Assembly (NCBI RefSeq): GCF_000020385.1
Contig: NC_010814.1
Coordinates: forward strand, 2,790,001 to 2,822,000
DNA: 32,000 nucleotides
Reading direction: 5' to 3'
Origin: Trichlorobacter lovleyi SZ
Lineage (GTDB): Bacteria > Desulfobacterota > Desulfuromonadia > Geobacterales > Pseudopelobacteraceae
Made by a program: the position numbers and the translations under genes. This document shows, piece by piece, positions 17,212-24,836 of this stretch. Position 1 is the stretch's first letter; every line of letters starts with the position of its first letter. The notes beneath the pieces are model-generated. The model was not told where the DNA came from. It saw nothing but the letters and a program-made list of their open reading frames with translations, and did not search any database.

Positions 17212-18582
17212 CTACTGCACGATATAGCTGGCGAGGCTTTCGGTCGTTGTCCTGCTGTCATACGGACCGGTACTGGTCTGGGACATCTTGACCAGACCGA
17301 CATAGGGGACATACCAGTAGTCACCGCTGACGGTGGTAACCCCAGGAGAAGGGGATGCCATCGTGATTGTTTCAGTAAAGCTGACCCTGATGGCGTTAAA
17401 GCTGCCGGCCGGGACCGTCACGGGTTCAGGACCGACCACGGTATGCTGACTGCTAATCGTGGCGCTGTACACGCTTGGCGTACTCCCGCTGGTGATGGTT
17501 TCTGTTCTGGTGGTTGAGCCGTTGACGATGGTCCCCGTTGCCAGCTGTCCGATAAAGACGATATAGCCGGGAGTGGTAAAGGTCTCACTGAAGGTGCTGG
17601 TCGAACTGCTGTTGCTGTATGTGTAGATCTTTGTGCCGTTCGAATTTTGCAGATAGCCGTTACCGTTTATGAGCAGCAGGTCGTCAATGGAGGTGCTGGT
17701 GGTGGTGCCGGTGCTGGTGGTTTCGGAACGATCCTGCTGGACGCTGAACCCGCTGACAGCCGTTGACACCTGGGTCACCAGCCGTGTCAACGACCCCGTT
17801 ACGGTCTCGTACATTGATGTTGTCGATGTGTCATAGATCCACTTGTTCCCGACGGTTATCGGGAAGTACGGCGTACCCGGCGCACCGGTAAAGTTCTGCC
17901 CGGTCAGGCTGGTTGTGTCGATAATCACCGTGGTACTGCTCGGCGTAAAGGTATAGTCGGTCTTTGAGGCGGTCAGCAGGTAGGTGCCGCTTGGCAGTCC
18001 GCTGATGGTGTAGTCGCCGTTGGCATCGGTGGTTGCGGAATAACTGGCAGTCAGTGCCGCAGCAGCATAGGCAATGGTGGAGGATTCGGCCGTAATGGTC
18101 ACCCCTTCCAACCCGGTGCTTCCGCCCAGGGTGACCTTGCCGCTGATGGAGTAGACCCCCACCGGCTCCATCACAACCGTGCCGGCATCACTGGTCTGGC
18201 CTGCCACAACCGTAATATTCGTCACCTCACCGACATAGAGGACAGCACCGGCACTGTCCAGCCCCAGTATCTTCAAGACCCTTTCAGTACCGACCGGCAC
18301 ACCGTCGATAGTGCCCTGACCATCTTCCACCGGAAAGTCTTTGGTGATAGGTGTCATGCCGGGACCGGAGACGGTAAGGCGGACCGTTACGGCCCCCGCC
18401 ATCTTTTCCACAACCGGCGCCCCCTTTGCGGCCGTACTCTTTGGCCAGGCAACATTCAGCGTAATGGTACCGGTGGTTCCGTTACCGGATGAAAAACTGG
18501 CCGTGCCACCGCCGCAACCGGCCAGGGAGAGCAGGCAACCGGCCAGAACCAGACTGGCTATGATCAGCAATCGTGTTTTCAT
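17212..18582 (-). CDS. Thr/Ser-rich lipoprotein with a carboxypeptidase-regulatory-like (CarboxypepD_reg) Ig/beta-sandwich domain and a beta-rich C-terminal domain
   Basis: The signal peptide has lipobox SLAGC followed by GGG (Gly at +2). The segment GKVTLGGSTGLEGVTITAES...TTDANGDYTISGLPSGTYLLTASKTDYTF is a typical CarboxypepD_reg repeat. SD gggagg lies upstream. Confidence 0.8.
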   Translation of the reverse strand: MKTRLLIIASLVLAGCLLSLAGCGGGTASFSSGNGTTGTITLNVAWPKSTAAKGAPVVEKMAGAVTVRLTVSGPGMTPITKDFPVEDGQGTIDGVPVGTERVLKILGLDSAGAVLYVGEVTNITVVAGQTSDAGTVVMEPVGVYSISGKVTLGGSTGLEGVTITAESSTIAYAAAALTASYSATTDANGDYTISGLPSGTYLLTASKTDYTFTPSSTTVIIDTTSLTGQNFTGAPGTPYFPITVGNKWIYDTSTTSMYETVTGSLTRLVTQVSTAVSGFSVQQDRSETTSTGTTTSTSIDDLLLINGNGYLQNSNGTKIYTYSNSSSTSTFSETFTTPGYIVFIGQLATGTIVNGSTTRTETITSGSTPSVYSATISSQHTVVGPEPVTVPAGSFNAIRVSFTETITMASPSPGVTTVSGDYWYVPYVGLVKMSQTSTGPYDSRTTTESLASYIVQ

Positions 18583-18598
18583 CTGAGCACCTCCCTTA

Positions 18599-19462
18599 TT
18601 ACTGCCATTTAGCCGTTACCGAGCCTGTCTGAGGAACCGCCGGCGGTGGAGGTGGCGGTGGAGGTGGCGGCGTCACCGTATCAGTGACAACCTGGGTAGC
18701 TGTCTTGACCAGCTGCGTGCTGAGGACCTCCGTCACGGGGACGGTTACACCATCTCCGGTCAGTGAGGCGGCAGCCGTCACCCCCTGACCGCCGCTACCG
18801 GATTTCCCGGCAGCACTGCCCTTCATTTTTTTAAGATCGCTATCCAGGGCCGGTCTCGGTGGTGACGGCCGGTTCCTGCCCAGCACCGTTGTAATCGTAC
18901 CGGGGGTCAGGTTGACAATCTGACCGTCCATCAGGGTATTGTAGACGTACACATCACCGGCGGTGACCAGCACGTTGGTCTGGGCCCTTTCATAGGCCAC
19001 GGTATAATCGGTACCCCGTACCCCGGCAATGGCGTTGGGGGTGCGGATCTCAAATCTCTTTACACCGGCTGCGGTGCTGGGGATCTTTTTCAGGTCAACA
19101 ATCGCCTGCAGCCTGCCCCTGACCAGTTTCACCTCACTGGAGCTGGGGCGTTTGGCGGAAAAATGTTCACCGATGTCAACCCGGCTGCGCTGGGCAATAC
19201 GCAGCACCGTGCCGTCGTTGTAGATCACCTCGGCGCTGCCGCCGGTCTTGGTACGGATCAGGTCACCGCTGGAGAGCCGGCTGCCGTTCTGACCGGCAAT
19301 GGCCGGCAGCCTGCCGTTACTGAGGATATCCACCCGGCCTGCCACCGCACGCAAGCTGGCAATGGCGGCAGCATGCAGATCAACGGCAGAGAAGAGGGAG
19401 ACCAGCAGGACGATGCTCAACCAGAGCGCGCCATTCCGCAGCATGTTTCCGATGTTCTTCAT
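18599..19462 (-). CDS. Secreted FecR-domain protein with no anti-sigma or TM module and a C-terminal Pro10 tract
   Basis: A cleavable signal peptide (WLSIVLLVSLFSAVDLHA) is present. The FecR-type core reads GRVDIL...GDLIRTKTGGSAEVIYNDGTVLRIAQRSRVDI...IRTPNAIAGVRGTDYTV. SD aaggagggg lies upstream. The gene starts 12 nt after the upstream OMP gene. Confidence 0.85.
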   Translation of the reverse strand: MKNIGNMLRNGALWLSIVLLVSLFSAVDLHAAAIASLRAVAGRVDILSNGRLPAIAGQNGSRLSSGDLIRTKTGGSAEVIYNDGTVLRIAQRSRVDIGEHFSAKRPSSSEVKLVRGRLQAIVDLKKIPSTAAGVKRFEIRTPNAIAGVRGTDYTVAYERAQTNVLVTAGDVYVYNTLMDGQIVNLTPGTITTVLGRNRPSPPRPALDSDLKKMKGSAAGKSGSGGQGVTAAASLTGDGVTVPVTEVLSTQLVKTATQVVTDTVTPPPPPPPPPPAVPQTGSVTAKWQ

Positions 19463-19474
19463 GGTATCCCCTCC

Positions 19475-20950
19475 TTAAAAGCGCAGCTCAACGCCGGTTG
19501 TAATCACATTGCGCTGATAATCGTACAGATCAACATTTGAGAAGGCGCGTGTAAAATAATACTGCAGGTTCAGATAGAGATGCGTCGTCAGCTGCTGATT
19601 CAGGGTGGCCGAGGCGACAAGCGTCGTGTCACGGCGGCCGCTGCTGCTGTCCAGGTACTCCTGCCGGCACCCCTCTGCGGTCAGGATCAGCTTGGTACTG
19701 GCGCTGAGCGGCGCCAGCAGGTCAACCCCTGCCCGCGCCCCCCGGTTACGCCACTCATTGCCCGTGGTATTTTCATAGAAGCCCTCGCCCCGCAGGTTCA
19801 CCAGACCGCGGCCATCGGCAAACAGGAAGATATAGCCGGCCTGCAGGTTGAAGATATTGGCGGTACGGTCGTTGGCGGGAAGGCCGTTGTTCTGGAGCAT
19901 ATCCCGGTAGGTATACCCGAGGGAGAGCTGTGCCAGGTTACGGGAGTTGAATATCGCGGTGAGGGTGGGTTTGAACGAGACCTGAAATGAGTAATCCCGG
20001 TAGTCCAGCGTGGTGTGGCTCAGGTTGAGCGGCAGGGCCAGCAATCCGTTCTCACTGCGGCCGATCAGGCTGGTGGTCAGGCCATGCACCAGCATGCTGT
20101 AATCATGCAGCCTCATGTAGTTGTTGTTCTGCAGGGCATACTGGAGGTTGGCAGACCACTGGCCGTCCAACGGGGTATCGTATTCCAGCCGCAGGTATTC
20201 AGAAACAGCGCTGTCCCGCTGGTCACGGGTGTCGGATGACGCACCGGACTCCCTGGACTTGAGGGTGGCGTTGTCGTCGTACAGATAGCTGACGCCGGCA
20301 TAGATATTCCAGCGTTTAAGGGGAGCGGCCGTACTGATCCGCTGATCGTATTCTGCGGCAAAATCTGCCGCCTCAGTACCGGGATAACGGGTCACGATCG
20401 CCTTCAGGCTGTCTCTGGCATCCTGGGTCTTGCCGGACTGGGCATAGGCCAGTGCAATCTGCAGGTCGATCTGCTGATCGGTCTCTGCAAGACCGGTACG
20501 GGCACTCTGAAACGATGCAACCGCCTCATGGTAGCGTTTCTGTTTGGCCAGCAGAACCCCCTTCAGATAGGCAATATCCTTGGGTCTGACCTGCTCCTTT
20601 TCCGCCCACGCCACCCATTGCCAGGCATCAGCCAGCTGCTCCAGGTTTATCAGCAGGGCCACCAGTTCCACAACCGCATCCTGTTCAGGCGGCTGTGCCT
20701 GCAGGGCCGCCTTGAGGCTGGCAACGGCCCCGGCCAGATCGCCGGTCTGTTTCTGGCACAGGCCGGTGTAGTACCTGTTCAGCGCCGTCTCCCCCTCGGC
20801 CTGCCTGGCCGAGGTCAGCATCTGCAGCGCCTCTTCGTAATTCTCCTGGTTGTACTCGGCAATTGCCTGCTGGGTGGCCGACGGGGCAGCAGTTGCAACA
20901 CCGCACGTCACAGACAGACAAACGACCATCACGGCTGCAATACGTTTCAT
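19475..20950 (-). CDS. Outer-membrane protein with an N-terminal TPR domain and a ~270-aa C-terminal beta-barrel (Slam/DUF560-like architecture)
   Basis: The signal peptide has an ATA/AP cleavage site. TPR-like helices cover ~residues 30-210 (YEEALQMLTSA, GDLAGAVASLKAAL, RYHEAVASF, AYAQSGKTQDARDSL). Alternating-polarity beta strands follow, ending ...TTGVELRF with a terminal aromatic OMP signature. The ATG at 20950 has SD gaggggg. Confidence 0.8.
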   Translation of the reverse strand: MKRIAAVMVVCLSVTCGVATAAPSATQQAIAEYNQENYEEALQMLTSARQAEGETALNRYYTGLCQKQTGDLAGAVASLKAALQAQPPEQDAVVELVALLINLEQLADAWQWVAWAEKEQVRPKDIAYLKGVLLAKQKRYHEAVASFQSARTGLAETDQQIDLQIALAYAQSGKTQDARDSLKAIVTRYPGTEAADFAAEYDQRISTAAPLKRWNIYAGVSYLYDDNATLKSRESGASSDTRDQRDSAVSEYLRLEYDTPLDGQWSANLQYALQNNNYMRLHDYSMLVHGLTTSLIGRSENGLLALPLNLSHTTLDYRDYSFQVSFKPTLTAIFNSRNLAQLSLGYTYRDMLQNNGLPANDRTANIFNLQAGYIFLFADGRGLVNLRGEGFYENTTGNEWRNRGARAGVDLLAPLSASTKLILTAEGCRQEYLDSSSGRRDTTLVASATLNQQLTTHLYLNLQYYFTRAFSNVDLYDYQRNVITTGVELRF

Positions 20951-21174
20951 ACTACCCCCTCTGAACATGGAATCGAACCGCACGTTCTTCAGTTCCAGAT
21001 ACCACCTTTTTTAAAAAATGCAAGTCAGGCCAATCAGTTTGGCGCAGCCTGACCAAACCTTGTTTAGTCTGAACAAACCGGATGAAAGCGCTCTTAATCG
21101 GGAGAGCAGCGTGCGCGGGACGTGATTACGCTGACAAAGCGGAGAGCAACCGGACAGAGCACCATACAAAGAAC

Positions 21175-22821
21175 TTACAACGCCCCCAGCACCTTCAGCA
21201 GGTGGGGCACCATCTGCTTCTTGCGGGACATGACCCCTTTCAGCTCATACAAGTGCGGTTCCACCTGGGGATAGCCCATCAGGTGGGCCAGTTCGTTCTT
21301 GCCTTCTGCCAGAAACAGGGTGGTCTCACTATAGATATCAGTCACCATCAAACCGGCCAGATCAAGCTTGTCAGCCTGTTTGACCTGACGTAATACGTCC
21401 CAGAGCTGTTCCTTCAGCTCGTAGAACTCATCAAAGCCGACCACCTCCACCTGTCCGACACCGAAGACCGTCTCTCCGGCAGTAAATTCTTTAAAGTCGG
21501 CCCGCACCGCCTTTTCAAGGCTGGCGTGGGCAGAAAAGCCGCTGCAGGAGGCAAAGATATCCTTGCCAAAGCTGCTGTGCTCAAGTCCGGCCAGCGGTTC
21601 CAGCCAGGCCACCAGTTCACGGTCACGTTTGGTGGTGGTGGGGGATTTGAGGATGACGGTGTCGGACATGATCCCTGCCAGCAGCAGGGCGGCAATCCGC
21701 TGTTCCGGTTCCATGCCCCGCTCACGGTAGAGCGAGGCCACAATGGAGCAGGTACTGCCCACCGGGGCAGCCATGAAGGTAATCGGCTGGTTGGTGGCCG
21801 GATTACCCAGTTTGTGGTGATCAATCACCGCCAGGATCTCCACCGATTCGGCACCGGGTACCGCCTGGGTCAGCTCATTGTGATCCACCAGGATCAGGGC
21901 GTAGGGCAGCGGGGTCAGCAGCGACGACTTGGTCGCCACCCCGGCGATGCTGCCATCCTCCTCCACCGCGACCACGGCCGGTTCGCCGGAGTGCAGCAGT
22001 TTCAGCCGCAGATGCTCCACCGACTCCATCACCCCGATCCGCTCGAACTTCTGATCAACAAAGCAGGCCAGCGGCGTGGAGAGCCGGGCCAGCGAGGCGG
22101 CGGTGGCGGTATCGTGGGGGGTGGAGAAGACGGTAACACCACGTTCCTGCGCCAGGGCGATCAGGTCGTCCCGCAGCGGCAGGCCGCCGGTGATCACCAG
22201 CAGCCGCACCCCTGACTCAATGGCCGACTGCTGGATCGAGGGCCGGTCACCGGTCATGATCAGCAGACTGGCCGGATCGTAGCCTTCAATCCGTTTACTG
22301 AACGACTCTTCGGTCATGGCACCGATGAACAGGTGCAGGTGTTCCATCTGATCCGACAGGCCACCGGACAGGACCGTTGCCTCAAGGCAGCGGCCAAGGG
22401 CGGCCAGGGTGCTGTCCACACCGCGCCGCCGATCAGTGCCTGCCACCAGATACTTCTCCGACAGCTTGAGCAGGGAGACCACCCCCTGGGGCTTGCACTC
22501 CTGATCAACCACCGGCAGGACGCGAATGGCATGGCGATGAAACAGTTCAAGGGCGTCTTTCAACGGCAGGTCCGTGGCTGCCGTGACCGGACTGCGGTTG
22601 ATCACATCCCGCACCTTGGGATGGACATCGGCCAGGTAGGTGGGCGGCTCAATCCCCAGCCGTTTCAGGATGTAGGCGGTCTGGGGATTGGGTTGTCCGG
22701 CCATGGCGGCACAGACGTTGCTGTGTCCCAGACTGCGACGGAAGGCGGCATAGGCGATGGCAGAGGCGATGGAGTCGGTGTCCGGATTGCGGTGGCCGAT
22801 CACGTAGATTTTTTCATGCAT
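21175..22821 (-). CDS. ppaC: Family II (DHH/DHHA2) inorganic pyrophosphatase with an inserted CBS-DRTGG-CBS regulatory module
   Basis: The N-terminus VIGHRNPDTDSIASAIAYA is the DHH motif. CBS-like segments flank a DRTGG-like LIMTGDRPSIQQSAIESGVRLLVITGG. The fold then resumes with ILVDHNE and VIDHHKLG, followed by a DHHA2 C-terminus. I chose the ATG at 22821 with SD gggaga; the track start at 23085 gives an implausible extension. Confidence 0.88.
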   Translation of the reverse strand: MHEKIYVIGHRNPDTDSIASAIAYAAFRRSLGHSNVCAAMAGQPNPQTAYILKRLGIEPPTYLADVHPKVRDVINRSPVTAATDLPLKDALELFHRHAIRVLPVVDQECKPQGVVSLLKLSEKYLVAGTDRRRGVDSTLAALGRCLEATVLSGGLSDQMEHLHLFIGAMTEESFSKRIEGYDPASLLIMTGDRPSIQQSAIESGVRLLVITGGLPLRDDLIALAQERGVTVFSTPHDTATAASLARLSTPLACFVDQKFERIGVMESVEHLRLKLLHSGEPAVVAVEEDGSIAGVATKSSLLTPLPYALILVDHNELTQAVPGAESVEILAVIDHHKLGNPATNQPITFMAAPVGSTCSIVASLYRERGMEPEQRIAALLLAGIMSDTVILKSPTTTKRDRELVAWLEPLAGLEHSSFGKDIFASCSGFSAHASLEKAVRADFKEFTAGETVFGVGQVEVVGFDEFYELKEQLWDVLRQVKQADKLDLAGLMVTDIYSETTLFLAEGKNELAHLMGYPQVEPHLYELKGVMSRKKQMVPHLLKVLGAL

Positions 22822-22909
22822 GGCAGGTTCTCCCAAGGTTGTGTCAGACGGCATGATATGCCAGAATACATTTCTCTGCATCAGGAAATCAGCTTCAAGC
22901 GAGGTTGTT

Positions 22910-23731
22910 ATGCCGACACTGAAGGTCAACCAGGCCGACTGCAGCTGTTGCGGTGAATGTGCCGCCACCTGCCCGCTCCGGATCATCCGCCTGCCGGACG
23001 GCAACTTTCCCCGTTTTTGCGATGATGGAGCTGATCGCTGCATCATCTGCGGCCACTGCGAGGCGGTCTGCCCCAGCGGCGCCATAACGGTGGAGGATCC
23101 GCGGCTTGACCCAACCAGCTACCCTGACCCGCAACCGCCCATCCCCAAAGAACAGTTTGCCCGGCATCTGAGAATGCGACGCTCCATCCGGCGCTTCAGC
23201 CCGGAACCGGTTGAGCGGGAGACGCTGCAGGAGCTGCTGGAACTGATGCGCTACGCCCCCACCGGCATGAACTGCCAGGAAGTTCAGTGGCTGGTGATCT
23301 ATGACACCGCTGAGCTGCGCCGGCTGTCCGGGTTAGTGGTGGACTGGATGCGTCATGTGGCAGACCAGGCGCCTCCTGGAGGGTTGAAAATCAATTTCGA
23401 GGGGATGATCAAGTCGTGGGAAAAGGGCAATGATCCGATCAGCCGCAAGGCGCCGCATCTGGTGCTGACCCATGCCCGTCAGGATCTCTCACTGGGCAGG
23501 GTGGACGGCCTGATTGCCCTGTCCTACCTGGATCTGGCAGCTCCGGCCTATGGTATCGGCAGCTGCTGGGCCGGCTATTTCCAGTATGCCTGCGAAGGCT
23601 GGCAACCATTGCGGGATGCCCTGGGGCTGCCGGAGGGAGATCAGCCGATCTACGCCATGTTACTGGGAAGACCGGCGGTCCGCTATCAGCGTCCCCCCAA
23701 GCGAAATTTTGCTAACGTCAGCTGGCGCTGA
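22910..23731 (+). CDS. 2x[4Fe-4S] ferredoxin domain fused to a nitroreductase-family domain
   Basis: CSCCGECAATCP and CIICGHCEAVCP are dicluster motifs. RRSIRRFSPEPV...MRYAPTGMNCQ is a nitroreductase signature. The ATG is at 22910. Confidence 0.85.
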   Translation: MPTLKVNQADCSCCGECAATCPLRIIRLPDGNFPRFCDDGADRCIICGHCEAVCPSGAITVEDPRLDPTSYPDPQPPIPKEQFARHLRMRRSIRRFSPEPVERETLQELLELMRYAPTGMNCQEVQWLVIYDTAELRRLSGLVVDWMRHVADQAPPGGLKINFEGMIKSWEKGNDPISRKAPHLVLTHARQDLSLGRVDGLIALSYLDLAAPAYGIGSCWAGYFQYACEGWQPLRDALGLPEGDQPIYAMLLGRPAVRYQRPPKRNFANVSWR

Positions 23732-23742
23732 CCTGCTCAAGG

Positions 23743-24708
23743 CTACAGAACCAGCTGTTGGGCTTCTTCGGTACAGGTCAGCCCCTCAAGAATACCGAGC
23801 AGACGTGCATCAAAGGCGTCCTTCATCTCCTGCCGCATGACCTGGATGGTCAGGTAGGGAGGTAATGCCTTGCCGCCGGTGCGATCAATGGTGAGGGTAC
23901 AGTAGACATCGCAGAGTCCCCCCACCTGGGCACTGCGGGAGATCTCCGTCCTTTTGAGCCCGCGGGGGTAGCCGTTACCGTTCACCCGCTCATGGTGGTC
24001 CCGTACGATGGCCAGCGAGATCTCATTCAGGCGGGTATTTTCCTTGAGGTAGTGGTACCCCTCTTCCGGGTGACGTTTGATGATGGCAATTTCATCCTCG
24101 GTCAGTTTGCCGGTCTTGTTCAGGATCTGTTGCGGGGTAAAGGTTTTGCCGAAGTCGTGCAGCAAGGTGCCGATCCCCACATCCACCAATTCGTCATGGG
24201 CAAGACTGTACGCCTCGGCATGCATCAGCACCGACAGGGCCGTCACCTGCAGGCTGTGCACAAAGGTGTGGTAGTTATGGGTCATGACGGTTTCAAGGGA
24301 GGAAAGGGCATCGCGGTCGCTGGAAAGGTACAGCAGCAGGTTTTCCATCAGCTTCTTGCTGCGGTCGACATCGCCGACTTTTTTGGGGTTCTGGAAGATA
24401 TCCCCCACAAAGTTGATTGAGGTCTGGTAGATGATCTTACCCTTGGTCCTGCCGTCAAACTGATCGCTCTGCAGCAGGCGCTCGGCATTTTCTTCAAGGT
24501 ACTTGGTGATGACCTCCATGTCGCTCGGACTGACATACAGGAAATCAATGCTGTTTGCCATCAACCGGACGGCATCCTGCTTTGAAAAGTTGCGGCCATG
24601 GCTCTTGTAGAGCACATAGTTGCCGCCGCTGCGCAGATACAGTGCCACATCAGGAAAAAGGTCCGGCTCAATGCTCTCAACCCCTACCGGGACATAGTAA
24701 CCGTTCAT
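23743..24708 (-). CDS. HD-GYP domain protein (putative c-di-GMP phosphodiesterase) with an uncharacterised N-terminal domain
   Basis: LLHDFGK is the HD motif. HHERVNGNGYPRGL is the HHExxDGxGYP motif with Asn in place of Asp. A strong SD aggaggg precedes the ATG at 24708. Confidence 0.88.
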   Translation of the reverse strand: MNGYYVPVGVESIEPDLFPDVALYLRSGGNYVLYKSHGRNFSKQDAVRLMANSIDFLYVSPSDMEVITKYLEENAERLLQSDQFDGRTKGKIIYQTSINFVGDIFQNPKKVGDVDRSKKLMENLLLYLSSDRDALSSLETVMTHNYHTFVHSLQVTALSVLMHAEAYSLAHDELVDVGIGTLLHDFGKTFTPQQILNKTGKLTEDEIAIIKRHPEEGYHYLKENTRLNEISLAIVRDHHERVNGNGYPRGLKRTEISRSAQVGGLCDVYCTLTIDRTGGKALPPYLTIQVMRQEMKDAFDARLLGILEGLTCTEEAQQLVL

Positions 24709-24836
24709 GACGCCCTCCTGAACTGGATTGATCCCACTATAGCGCAATTGATCTCAAGGACAAGGGTTACCATTGCAAAATCCGGGGCGGCATCGTATCG
24801 TCCGGCCCAAACGATCTGAAAGCACAAGGTTCCAGC

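Noticed and set aside
20969-20979. GGTTCGATTCC (minus strand), identical to a tRNA T-loop consensus. It could be a tRNA or a tRNA-fragment att site hinting at an island boundary beside the OMP operon.
   Set aside because: The flanking bases cannot form a T stem (only 2 bp) or an acceptor stem. No second copy occurs in the window, and no integrase is nearby. An 11-mer match is compatible with chance.
21019-21032. Sigma-54-like sequence TGGCCTGACTTGCA on the minus strand, upstream of the OMP-FecR-lipoprotein operon.
   Set aside because: The GG and GC elements are 2 nt closer together than the strictly conserved -24/-12 spacing. A similar near-miss upstream of the first ykgJ-like gene, at about 24765-24781 (AGGGTTACCATTGCA), is 1 nt short.
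21175-23085. N-terminally extended versions of several track ORFs. Examples are the 636-aa pyrophosphatase, the 3957 start of the AsmA gene, the 2099 start of rplI, the 8966 start of cysE, the 9001 start of fumA and the 29213 start of the ykgJ-like gene.
   Set aside because: The extensions overlap upstream genes or promoter DNA and have odd composition. In each case an internal ATG with a good SD gives the canonical family N-terminus.
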